64,000 bases of DNA from Chrysomallon squamiferum (GCA_012295275.1 CM022669.1:16554001-16618000); one strand, 5' to 3'; positions 1 through 12,710 are shown, counted from the first letter of the stretch. The notes: generated from the letters alone by a model not told the origin. Numbers and translations: made by a program.

Positions 1-44
1 ATAAACATAATAAATCTGTAAAGACACACAGACACACACACACA

Positions 45-85
<41 letters not shown>

Positions 86-419
86 CATACTTAATATTTT
101 GTTTGCTACTTTCATCTGATAAAGTTTGAAAACACTCAAAAAAGATTAAAAAGTCCGTGCCATTTTACATATCACCTGCTCACTTGAACCTCAACCAAAT
201 AACATCAACCAATGATTTATTTTACTACCACTCTTATTTCTAAACTTCTCACAAACAGAACACAAACAGAAAAATTTACAAAACTTACATCCTAAATATA
301 ATTATCCAAATGCTACTCGAAACATTTTTATTAATTAGTATTATTATTTCAACAATTACTTGAATAAATACAAAAATTAAGAATAATAAAAGATCTGGTA
401 TGATAATTTAAAAACTTAC

Positions 420-548
420 AGTGCTTTCACAAATTACCTTCGATGGCATGGATTGACTCTGCCCCTTCTTACCATCAGTCAGAATAGGAGGGCCAAACAG
501 ATCGGTAAATGGTTGACTTGGAGGTGCACTTCCTATAGGATACTCCAC
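420..548 (-). CDS. AF9/ENL-family YEATS protein, exon 4 (post-YEATS linker VEYPIGSAPPSQPFTDLFGPPILTDGKKGQSQSMPSK[VICEST]); gene continues left of the window
   Basis: TTTAG acceptor at 549-550 and an open phase-0 frame that continues exon 3. Donors are at 436-437 (GTAATT) and 418-419 (GTAAGT). Confidence 0.75.
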
Positions 549-1658
549 CTAAACAACAGTATAAGTATTAGACATTAAATAATACTTTCAGAATAATATA
601 CTGCAAATTAAAAATATTTCTCAAAAATATTTTTAATTCAAAATAAAAATATTTATTTCCCTCCTTTTCCAAAAAAAAAAAAAAATAATGTGCTTTGGAA
701 ATAATGAACCTATAATTTTTTTTCTTGCTGTTTTTTTCTATTTTTTGTTTTGTTTTATTTATTTATTTCTGTATTTACTGGGTAAGACTTGTAAGGAGGG
801 AAGTAATTCATTCCAGCACAGCACTGCAACAGTTTAAATAAATACAGTTGATATAAAAATCATTTTAACATTAAAACACAGGCTCTGCTAAAAATACTAT
901 TTTCAAACTTGTGAAAATTTTCACATGTCTAAAGTGTTTACAAACAAACATATCTTTTAACAGATATTTTTTACATGTTTTGCTTGTGCTTTTTTGTTTC
1001 TTAAATTCATGCCCTATTCAAAGTGTTAAAATTAATGTTTTTACCAACATTGATACATAATTTATGAATATCTTTGACAGCATGACAGTGATGTATGTTA
1101 ATTTTGTGGGGGTTTTAAGAGAGATAATTACATATAATTACATAGTATTCTTTCAAATGACTGGCATCAACATGTATAAGATTTCACATACAATGACAAG
1201 CTGTTATTTCCAAATGTTAAATATTCTGTTTATTAGCAATATAAATTTAAAGTTTTTTAATGTGATAAATAAAATTCATTAATCATATTTTTTAATATGA
1301 AAGTATCAACCTTACGTGGTATATCTGTAATTTTTCTCAAAAAGACCAAACAATACTGATTACCAAAAACATTGGCTGACACTGGTCACATTTTAGAAGA
1401 AAAATAAACCTAATAAACAATTCCAAATATAAATTACATTAAAAAAAAAAAAAAAATTATATCATTAAAAAGAAATATAACTGACAGCTGTTGGTAATAA
1501 AATTCATCATTCTTATTTTTAACAAACCTAAGACAAGCTGTTCCAGATTTTCTCATCAAGGCTTTGTAAGTAGAGATTACAAAAGCACGAACATATTTTC
1601 GGTTTAAAACAAATAATACAAAATTTACTTTTTTATTATTTGAATAAAAGAAACGTAC

Positions 1659-1885
1659 CCCACCAGCTTTAAGAAGCTTTGACCTGAACTCTTCTGTAGG
1701 ATTCTGAAAGGTCAGTTTCTCACAGTGTGTGTGGTTAATGGGATCAAATCCTTCTGCTGGCAGGAAGAGGTCATAGTTGATGCTAACCTTTTTTGGATTG
1801 TCTTTGTTCTTGAAGTATATGTCAATGTTAATAATGAAACCTGCATATCCTGATTCAGATACACTGTATGGTGGTTCCTTTACCA
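1659..1885 (-). CDS. MLLT3: AF9/ENL-family YEATS protein, exon 3 (C-terminal half of the YEATS domain)
   Basis: [41 protein letters not shown]...[22 protein letters not shown] closely matches AF9/ENL YEATS. TTCAG acceptor 1886-1887, GTACGT donor 1657-1658, phases consistent. The symbol denotes the MLLT1/MLLT3 co-ortholog. Confidence 0.95.
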
Positions 1886-2300
1886 CTGAAAAATAAGTAA
1901 GTACATAAATAAATAAATAAATAAATAGGTAAATAAATAAATGAACACCTATTGTTCCTATCAGAAAAAGGTTTAAAGACTATTTAAACAAGTTTTAATA
2001 ATACCAAATTTCAGCTGTTCACTATAACATCTGTGTTAAGCAGAGAAACCTTATATCACACTGACTCAATTACCAGTACGGATCATTAATCATGAAACAT
2101 ATTTTCACTTTCTCTTCCCTAAATTACAATTTACACAAACATCCCAGTTTTATTATCATTATTTTTGCTTATATTCATTATGATTCACAAATTTAACCTA
2201 CTGCCATATACACATATTTAACCCACTTTATACACATATTTACACGCACACAGACATAAATACATAGACATACGTTACATGAATTATGCAAATAAAATAC

Positions 2301-2487
2301 CTCGTTTTGGCTTTGCAAACGTATCATGCAAATGAAAGACAACTTTCTCTATGAAATAATGAATCTTGCTTCCATCTGGACCTCGAACAAAAACTGTCCA
2401 GTCGTGTGTGAATCCTTCGGGTGTTGGTTTTTTCCTTGTCGAGGCATGATGGCCGAGTTCAACAGTCACTTGAACACGAAAACCCTG
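2301..2487 (-). CDS. MLLT3: AF9/ENL-family YEATS protein, exon 2 (N-terminal half of the YEATS domain)
   Basis: (Q)[61 protein letters not shown]. Poly-T plus CAG acceptor, GTATTT donor at 2299-2300 (phase 1). Confidence 0.95.
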
Positions 2488-3031
2488 CTGATTAAAAAAA
2501 AAAAAACACAGATAATTTGTTTACACTTCAAACCAGTTCATATCAGGAACTCTTATTTTTATTTTTTATTTAGTTGTTTTAAATACTATTCTATTTTATT
2601 TTATTTATATTTTTTCCAGTTATAATACTGTTACATATTATCTTCATATTTTTAATCAAGCCCATAGAACACAAATCAAACAATCCATACAGAAAGATTA
2701 AATGCATTTCATTACCTTAAAAAAAATAACTATATGGCTTTGAAAATATATCTTGAAAAATAAATGAATGTGATATAAACATTTTGATTCCAGAACTATC
2801 CTTGAAACAAAAGACATTAAAGTGAAGGAGTTAGCATTGTTGAGAAATTCACAGCAAATATCCTGTGTAATTATTTAACATTGAAAGTGATGTATTATTT
2901 GAAATTTGCTTCTTAGCTGCAACATATTGAGGTTACTGTTTTTAAATTTGTTAATTATCATTCTTATTTTCTTTTTGTCAATCCAAAATAAAAGTAAATT
3001 GCAGGTTTCTCACATTTATGCGGACAGTCTC

Positions 3032-3075
<44 letters not shown>

Positions 3076-3722
3076 ATTTAAAATAGTATTAATGTTGTTT
3101 CTATTTTCCTTTTATCATAATGGTGTATTTGATACCTCAATAATACAGATAAACAAATGTCAAGATCTCTTTTGAAACTAAGTAACAATGCAATTGGAAT
3201 GTAACTGCATATTTGTATGTGTGTGTCTGTGTGTTGTTGTTGCGTTTTGTTGTATTATGTTAACCGTATCATCACAACCATGTCACAACCTGTTTTGATG
3301 ACATCTAATTATGAAAGAAATAATAAATTTCAACAACATTTTACGACAGAAGTACAGATATTTGATACGGAAATAGTTATCATTTTTAATGGTTTACGAA
3401 ATTAGGGGCAGATCTCGAAATTGATTTGATGTTTGCCTTCAGTTAAAATTCATATAAAATAGAATATAGCTAAATCAATAGATACCCCTAGTGAAAATGT
3501 GTAGAATTATTTTGATCTGTTATTGTAATAATTATTTATATTCACTTAATTTATAAATGATTGATAACTCTAGACAGTCAGTTTGTTTAGACATTAAACG
3601 AACAAGACACATCAACGAAAACATATACAGTGACATTATTATTGTCATACACTTTAATTCATGCAGAACTCATCTCTGTAATAGATGATGCATACATATC
3701 GCATATTGCAATATTTACTTAC

Positions 3723-3737
3723 ATTTGAAACTGACAT
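3723..3737 (-). CDS. MLLT3: AF9/ENL-family YEATS protein, first coding exon (MSVSN)
   Basis: ATG TCA GTT TCA AAT followed by a perfect GTAAGT donor (3721-3722). Phase 0 joins exon 2. As I recall, vertebrate AF9/ENL also have a very short first coding exon. Confidence 0.8.
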
Positions 3738-3789
3738 GTTATGTAGTTACAAATAAATATACAAAGGAAAACATCATTGCCAAAAATTA

Positions 3790-3900
3790 GTTTTACGAAA
3801 CCGGAAATGAATTACAGCGCCTGCGGTAGTTTTGCTATAACCTGATGTCTAATGGATCCTCATTGCGAATGAGGCCAGTCCCTAACGGAAAATAAAGGCA
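3790..3900 (-). promoter_or_regulatory. Probable promoter of the AF9/ENL gene with an ETS-type CCGGAAAT motif
   Basis: CCGGAAAT at 3801-3808 lies in a locally GC/CpG-richer patch just upstream of the first exon. Confidence 0.4.
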
Positions 3901-4122
3901 AACGATGAATGGATTTTATAATGGAATTCAAGACAAAACATTCATTTGTTAAAACTTAAATATTATAAATAAATAAGTACAAATTGAAAGGTATCAAATT
4001 AAACAATGAAATTTATTTATAAATTATTATTATTATCATTGTTACTCATGTACTGCTGCTATTACTACTACTACTAGTTTTATTATTATTATCATTATGT
4101 TTGTGTTGTTCTAAAGCAGAAT

Positions 4123-4123
<1 letters not shown>

Positions 4124-4178
<55 letters not shown>
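4124..4178. repeat. (CT)n microsatellite
   Basis: Directly visible dinucleotide run. Confidence 0.95.
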
Positions 4179-4180
<2 letters not shown>

Positions 4181-4517
4181 GGGGACATAACTCTCTCTGG
4201 ACTGATCGTAAAATAATACCGACTGTAATAAAATTACTACAGTAGTTGTAGTAATAGTAGTTGTTGTAGTTGTTGTAGAAGGAAGTGGTAGTAACTTTAG
4301 TAGTAGCAATAGTAAAAATAATCTTTAATGTTGTCACCATCATCATTATTATTTATTTACTTTTTTTAAATTATTTTTTATTTTTTATTTTTTTTTTTTT
4401 TTTTTTTTTGTCAGATTCTTTGTAAAGACATATATGTGCTGTCGTTTTAATTTTAAACAAAAACGGAACCAGCAATCTTTCGTACGGAAATGAAATGATC
4501 GATCGACTTCCTTAGAT

Positions 4518-4531
4518 GTAGCTATGGAAAC
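4518..4531. promoter_or_regulatory. RFX X-box-like motif GTAGCTATGGAAAC
   Basis: Resembles the palindromic X-box consensus GTTRCCATGGYAAC. It lies about 0.8 kb upstream of the AF9 start. Confidence 0.35.
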
Positions 4532-5749
4532 AAGCGGATCTGTCAAAACTGAGACAGTTTGTGAGAAACTTAGTAACAGCGTATATCTTCTGTTAGCGAC
4601 GTAACTGTCCTACTTACGTGAAGTAATTTTGTCTGCTTGTCATTTTTTATTAATCTACGAAGATTTAGAGTTGTTTCATACAAAAATGGTTATCTCTACC
4701 ACGAAGAAGACTATGGGAGAACAAATCGTATATGTATCAGTTAGAGGAAATACTGTTAACCGAAACTAATGTTCTGCAAAGAGTAGTGTTTTATGGGGAT
4801 TTTTTTTTTTTTTTTTTTTTTTTCACCTGACAACGAAATATACTTCTCAACCTATGGGAAACTGGGGCAGGAAGGGACATGTTTGGCATATTAACATTTA
4901 GTTCAAATATAGATCGGAAAACTAACCCTCATAGAAGTTTAAAAGAAACTTGCATTGTTTAGCAGCAATTATAAATGTTCGATATACACTGATTTGTTAT
5001 TCTAGTTTAATTATTAATGATTAAACACACCTGACCAAACCATCGGGGTCAGCAATGGGGCATCACACACAAGATAAACACTTCCATATAAGCAAGTACA
5101 AGACATGTAATTTATTTCAAAATAACTTGGACTGCAACCGATAAACATCTAAATAAAAAAAACAGAAGCTTAAAATTGTATAATTAAGACAAAAAGAAAA
5201 TGTTTATTGGTCACTCAATAATTTGGCACGTATGTATGGATTTTATTGCACATAAAATGGCTCTGTTTGACCAGAAAACGGTTTCATTATTATGAAAAAG
5301 CAAAACATGCATGAAAGTAAATTTAAAAGGTGGTGGCCCAACCAAGGTGTATTATAAACAAGATAACCCCACTCAGTTTAGTACAAAACCAGAATGTACA
5401 AGCATAGTCACAGCTGCAGCCTGTAATAAGATAAAATGATGATGATTTCCATCCTGTTTTCGGCCCATGTAGTTCAAAATTTCTTCTGATTTTGTATTCC
5501 AGTGGGAATCTAATACGCGAGGTTGTTAATATATGCTCTGTCTTCATGAAAACTTAGCATGTCCTACAGTTTGCGAGAAGCATTTTAATTCTTGACCTCG
5601 TTTTCTTAACTGCACGTCTTAACGTCTCTTTTGAAAAAAATTAATTTGCAGCGATGTTCCTTCGATAATATTCTCTACTGAACATTTCAAGATATCTAGT
5701 GACATTTTCTTTGACTGTCCTTCGTTTGATATGGTCTCACCCTTTGTTG

Positions 5750-5753
<4 letters not shown>

Positions 5754-5782
<29 letters not shown>

Positions 5783-5837
5783 TGTATGTATGTATGTATG
5801 TATGTATGTATGTATGTATGTATGTATGTGTGTGTGT

Positions 5838-5895
<58 letters not shown>
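5754..5895. repeat. Compound (TATG)n(TG)n microsatellite
   Basis: Directly visible. It explains the MYVC/HTHT ORFs. Confidence 0.95.
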
Positions 5896-5898
<3 letters not shown>

Positions 5899-7122
5899 GT
5901 CCAGATGACCAACTTCATTGGTATCAGAAATTGAATTACTAGAACTGAATAAGAAAATTAATGTATAATAACATACATATGTTTAATGGTATGCTCTGGT
6001 GCAGAATGGGACAGTGGCTGAAAATGCCCCAGACAGCGTGCTTTCATTTTATTTTGAACTGTTCGTTACTGACCAGCAATCGCCAGCTCGTTCAGATGTA
6101 ATCAGATTTCTAAGCGTTTTCAGAATTCCACATCACAAAAATTACCTTCGAAAGTAAATAACCTATAGCTATAGCTGATTGTCGCAACAACTATATTTAC
6201 CATGCCGAATAAAAGACCATCTAGCGTTTCAAATAGCACTGTGGAGTCAGCGGCAGATCTGGTTAATCAAAAAATGATTTTTAAAAAAATGGAAAGAAAA
6301 TAATTTCTTGACGGTTTATTGTTAAGTGGCCTCATTTGTTCCAAGGCTCGACCTGCCCTGGTTTCCTCCATATTCTTTTTATTTCTTATTCTTTGATGTT
6401 CAATTAAAAAATGTTTCAATTTCCTTTCATTTTCAGGACCAATCAAAATTAATATTATTTTGCATTTTAATTTTGATTTTGACTTGATTTTAATTTTTTT
6501 TTTTCTAGGATTTGTTAAAAAAAAAAAAGAAAAAAGTAACAATTAAAAGAGAAATCAACAACGTCAAAAAAAGAAATAATCAAACAAACCAAAATTAATT
6601 TTGAGCTGATCTTTTTTTTTTTACTTTCTTTTTAAACTATTCTTTCCCAACCAGAATCTGCTTTCTGTAAAGCTGTTCCGATGATAAACATTTAGCAGTT
6701 ATAATTCTTTTCATTATTATTCTTTATTCTTTGTAATTACTTTTTCAAAACTGATTTTATTTAATTTATATTTTATTACTTAATAAGTGTATCTATAAAT
6801 TTGTAGATAAAATTTTATTAACGTCAAACAACAGTTCGTTTATCGACAGCCATCAACAATCTGTTCATTTCCATCCAAAAGTTATTCCACACAAACAGTT
6901 TTATCGGGAACAATTTTTTTTTATTAATATCATATTTATGTGTTCTGGCTCCGAATGGTAGCAAATCCCAATTTATTTTCCTTCCTTATTTTACTGTTAC
7001 ATCAGGACAGTTTAGTGCACACTTTATAAGCTTTATTGATTAACCCCGTACGTTGTATAACGTTCTTTACAAAGCCGGAATACTGGTTTTTGCCTGGCTT
7101 TTAGAGGTACAGAAATAGCCGT

Positions 7123-7164
7123 GTCGTCAATAAAGTCCTCGAGTCGTCAATAAAGTCCTCGAGT
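7123..7164. repeat. Perfect 20-bp tandem duplication GTCGTCAATAAAGTCCTCGA x2
   Basis: Two identical adjacent copies at 7123-7142 and 7143-7162. Confidence 0.9.
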
Positions 7165-8328
7165 TTTTCAAAGTGTTCTAGCTGGCTCCTCTAAACCCGC
7201 TGACAAGTCGATCACTATGTCTGGTAGCTCATTCAGTTGCAACCCTGTTGGAATTGTGTATGCCTGACGTGAATCCATAGTAGACACGCTCCAAAACGTG
7301 GACGATAATGACGAAGATTTATATTGCGGTTAATCATTTCTTAAGCACTTCTAGAAGTGGTACCAAAATATAATCTTGGCATATACGTTCTGAACCACTG
7401 AGGCAGACGTAGATATTAGCAATATTAATTACTATTAATATTCGAATGCTTGAGTTGTTACTTTGGTTATACGCATTTGAAACGGGTTTATTTTCCTTTC
7501 AATTATATGCCCTGTGTTAAAATTACCAATATAAGGATTAATGTAAAGGAATTATTTAGATTCCATTCGTAATTAATTTCAAAATTTCCGAACGAAATAT
7601 TTTTGGTTTCTGTGTTAGTTTTGAATGATACTATCTATTTATTTTGTCTTCTTTTTTTAACAAAAGCCACAATCATCATGCAGTGATTTGCTGGATAAAA
7701 ATGTTTTGTTTATTTATTTCATTTCATTTTATTTTATTTTATTTTATTTTACTTTATTCTATTTTATTTTATTTTATTTTATAAATAAGATTTATTTATT
7801 TATTTTATTTTATTTTATTTTATTTTATTTTATAATTTTGTATTATCGATTTATTTATTGATTTTTTTTTTTTTTTAGTGTTATTTATTTACTTAGGAAA
7901 TTCATCAAGTTTAGTTTTATAAATTAGAATTGTCGCTTGCTTCATTCTGCGTTAGTTTAACGAACTGAAGAAAGCAGACGTGAGTTACATTTCTTATTAG
8001 CACTGGGCGGGCAGACTCTGACGTGACTGTACTGATGTTGCGTAATCCAGTTAATACGCTCGCTCACACTTGCAAGAGACAGACGACGGATATATGAACG
8101 TATGGATAAACCTCAATGATTATTTTCTTCGTCTTCACATTATTTCTTTCTTTCTTTCTTTATTTATTTGTTTGTTTGTTTGTTTGTCTGTTTGTTTGAT
8201 TGTTTTTTTCTCTTTTTTGTTTTATTTTGATTGTTATTTTTTGTTTTGTCGTATTTTTTGTTCCTTTATTTATTTCAGTTTTTAATTATTTTTATTTTAT
8301 TTTATTTTATTTTATTTTTTTATTATTA

Positions 8329-8382
<54 letters not shown>

Positions 8383-8843
8383 TAAATCTCAAAATACTTT
8401 ATTCCTATTAGACGGGAAGTCTTATCTATTTTCTATAGCAACTGAATCTTCCTTACAAAAATAAAATATCAGAATGAGATTTTAATTAGAAATTATTCTT
8501 AAAGATAATTAATATACCTATTTATAATTAGAAATTATTTATTTTAACAGAAACAAAACGGAGTTATCTACCTTCGTTCCTAATGCGCATGGACGTCTCC
8601 AAAGAAACATAAAATCTGACGCTACACTTTTTATTGATTACGTAAAACATAAACAATCCATAACAGCAGAAAAATTGTTCGGAGAATCATAATGAACTGT
8701 TAGTTATGGATAAAACAAGAAGCCAAGCAAGCTCTGTTTTTATTGCCGTATAGTGCAATAATTATAGTTTACGTAAGGTGGAATTTTTATCAAGAGCAAT
8801 ACTAATTTAGTTATTTACGTTCTGTTACTATTTTCTTCTTCTT

Positions 8844-8874
<31 letters not shown>

Positions 8875-10579
8875 TTATTATTATTATTATTATTATTTAT
8901 TGTTGTTGCTGTTTTATTTTTTTTGTTTGTTTCTAATTCGTTCAACTCTAATTTTACTGCTATTTTTGTTTGTTTATTATAGTTCTGTTGCTCTTTTTAT
9001 TATTGTTGTTGTTATAATTATTGTTTTTGTCGTTGCTGCTGTTTTTAGTTGTTGTTTTTTTATTATTTCTTTATTTACAATTATTATTATTATTTATTTA
9101 TTTATTTAGAATTCTTATTATTTATTTATTTGAAATCAAACAGACAGACAGACCATCATGTACTTTTCTTGGTAATTTATTTTAAATTATATATTTAAAG
9201 ATGTCACGTAAGAAGGTGAATTATAAACATCAGCATTCGTTCTCCAAGCCATTCCAAAAATAATCATGACATCAATCCTATCTGCCTCCTTCAACCTATT
9301 TCTGTTACAAACTTATTTAACCACGTTCATTGTGTTCTTTCCTTCGATTAGACTGTTAGCGCTGTCGGGTTTTTATTTTATTATTTTTGTTACATTTCTC
9401 GACCAATTATCAGAATAACTGTATCTGACATTTAATGACCACTGCCCGAAACGTTATTTTAAAGTTAACAAGAGGTAACTCTTATTTTACTGCCTTTATC
9501 AAAGACATGTGCTGTAACACATGAGAAGAAAATATGACTATAGTTAAACACTTTATTCTAAGATAAATAGCTTTAGATAAAATGAGCGAATAAAGAAATT
9601 TTTTATCCAACAAATAATAGAGAAGGATTGTGAAGGTCACTGACAACCAATCATAACTCTTGTTATATTTACTCCTTACCGATTTCTCCTTGAACACTGA
9701 AACAGATTTACAGTACATGTACTTCTTATATCCTGAATTTCTGTTTATTTGGTGTTCGCGAGAAAAGGATAATTCGCTCAAAATTAGCTAACATCTCCAT
9801 ATTGATCACTTCCTGTTAGACTGTAACTTTAATCAATTATTTAAGGAGTATTCTTTTACCAAAGGCTTCTTTACTTGAGAAAGAAAGTATGAAAAAAAAA
9901 AGCAATAAGATAATGGAATATAAAAAAGATATATATTTAAATAATTCATAAAACTTATTTGCTGATCGATGATGAGATTGCTTAAAGTTCTTCAACAAAC
10001 CTTTTTAAAAGTTTTTTTTTAAATTATTATTTCTTCCCCCCACCACTGTCTTCGTTTATTTTTATTATTTCTCTCTCTTTCTTTCTTTCTTTCTTTCCTT
10101 TTTCTTTTTTTTTTTTTTTTCTTTTTTTTTTTTTTTTCTTTTTTTTCTTTCTTTTTTTTTTTTTTTTTTTCTTTTCGAAGAAGCAGATATCGAAATATTG
10201 GCAAACCCATTAACACCAGCCTGCAGTGCAGGAACATTTTAGTTTTATGGCAAAGTAAGGATAATTCAAATACACGATCAAATGGCTGATTTTAGTTTGC
10301 TCGCATAGCGTGAATTATACAAATCATCACTGCACTGTTAAAGTCCTGGAACTATCATTAATTTTTTTCGGTTACTTTTGTGACATATTAAAATAATAAT
10401 AATAATAAAAAAAGAAGAAGAAGAAGAAGAATCGAACAATATGAAATTATAATAATATTAAGTGAATAAGAATATTAATCTTAAATATTATTGTTATTAT
10501 TATTATTGTTATTGATATTGCAATCACCATTGTTGTTGTTGTTGTTGGGTTGTTGGTGGTGGTGGTGTTGTTGTTGTTG

Positions 10580-10650
<71 letters not shown>

Positions 10651-10816
10651 TCTTTTGAAATGAAACATTATGCAGGCAATGACTTCAATTTTATGTTTGA
10701 CTCGGCGTCATCATTATTCTGTAGCAAAATGGAGTAGTAGCTAACAAACAACTTTTTACAAATCCAGTAATTCCAAAATACATTTAGACAGCGTCATGAT
10801 ATGTTTGGGGTAGAGT

Positions 10817-10882
<66 letters not shown>

Positions 10883-10969
10883 CCAGTTGTTATATCGTGA
10901 TTTGATAACGTGACCCTTTAACACTGACAACGGCAGGTTTCGACACTAGAAGGTAACGTTAACATAAAA

Positions 10970-11020
10970 CAGCCAATCGATTAGCTGCGTTGACGCGCGC
11001 TCTGTTGCCATGGAGACACC
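10970..11020. promoter_or_regulatory. Promoter-like cluster: CCAAT box, CRE half-site and RFX X-box GTTGCCATGGAGAC
   Basis: AGCCAATC at about 10971-10978, TGACG at 10991 and the X-box at 11004-11017, all within a CpG-rich patch. Confidence 0.45.
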
Positions 11021-12397
11021 ACCCCGTAGAACGATATCCAAACACGAATAAAACATTGATACAATCAGTAGGGGACGTAAATGTAAAAGTTGAATGTTGT
11101 CATTAAGAAGCTATTGAGTCGAGTCGTCAGAACACGGGGTCTCCCCGATAATGAACGATGATGGCCGCAAAGAACCGTGATCTACAAAGAGCTCTAACTG
11201 ACACTGGATTGTTTAGGTGCACGTAATTTTGTATAACTCATCTTACGAATTTATTTCATTACTTTTATCGAACGTCACTGAGCCATGAATAGCGAAACCA
11301 AAGAACTCGTATTTGTGCCTGTCAAGCATTCTCTTTCTGAGCCTTTTTCTTGAGCTGAAAACTGGAAAGTATAACGTGGTTATGTGGGTTTACTGAAGAA
11401 CTCAGAATCTCTGTTTCTGTTTATCCAAGAATGTATTCACTTAGAGGATACATGGTGGTCAGAAAATCGAAATAATGATCTTTCAATGGATTTGTTATAT
11501 CTGAGCCAGAAGAGAGATTCGAACTCTGTATCTATCAGCTGTATATACTTCCATAAAATATCTTGTACTAAACATGTGATTCCAAAGCTTTATATCTCCT
11601 AGATTTATCAACTAGTTCATTAATCATTCCTTCACAACGGCAATTTGTGTAAATCTAACGTTAGCTTTAAAAGTGTTTTATAATCATAAAAAATCTCACT
11701 AATTTTAGAACGTTATTTTTTTTGCATCCGCCTTGCAATACAATCACGCTGATTTCAGTGTAGATGATTACAACAACCCCGAATCGGTAACACCGCGATA
11801 ATTTTCATAAACCATTAACTTAATTAATTTAATCTATTAAATAATTGATCCTTTTGATCAGCCGCCAGTCCGTTCAGATTTTCATCGTCAAAGATAATTT
11901 TTAAAATTGCCAGTGTTTTGTTCTCTTCTTTTGCTATTATTTCTTTTCACCTTTAAGCTTTTAGGCTTATTTCCTCCTTATTACAGTTGTTATTTTATTA
12001 TTTTTTTCCATCTATGAATAAACAGCTGCCTGTTAATAAATTAGGACAATAAAATGAAGAAATACTCAATATGCAATGCTAAGAAGTAAAACATATTTGT
12101 CCTATAACGATTTGTGTATACAGTGGCACAACTTGGTAATTGTCATGTTGATGTTATGTTGACATCTGAGTTGATTATTTTTCATTTATTTTTTGTATCT
12201 GTGTACGGGTCTGTTTGCGTAACGTGTGTATAGTGATATATGTATATGTATAAACGTATGTATGTATGTACGTAAGTACCTATGTGTTATTGTAAAAGAC
12301 ACATAATAAGTACAAGTAAAACATTTTTCTTTTTCTCTTTCTTTCTATCTTTTTTTATTTTCTTTCTTTTTCGATTTTTAGTTTAAAAATTTACCAC

Positions 12398-12451
<54 letters not shown>

Positions 12452-12707
12452 ATTATATATCAGCGCCTTGTGGCAACGTTAATGAAAAATACTAATAATA
12501 AAATTTTAAAAATCATTCTTCTTAACATCGTTTTGAGAAACGTAATAAACGGAATGTCAGTTTGTAGATAATGTGATCATAACAGAGGTAAAGCATTGCT
12601 GAAGGCCGATAATGTCAAACACCATGACAACTGGGTTATAGGCGAATAAAATATGACGTCATAATCAACTTTAAGCCTCGGGTTTGTACTTGTTACAGTA
12701 AATAGTG

Positions 12708-12710
<3 letters not shown>

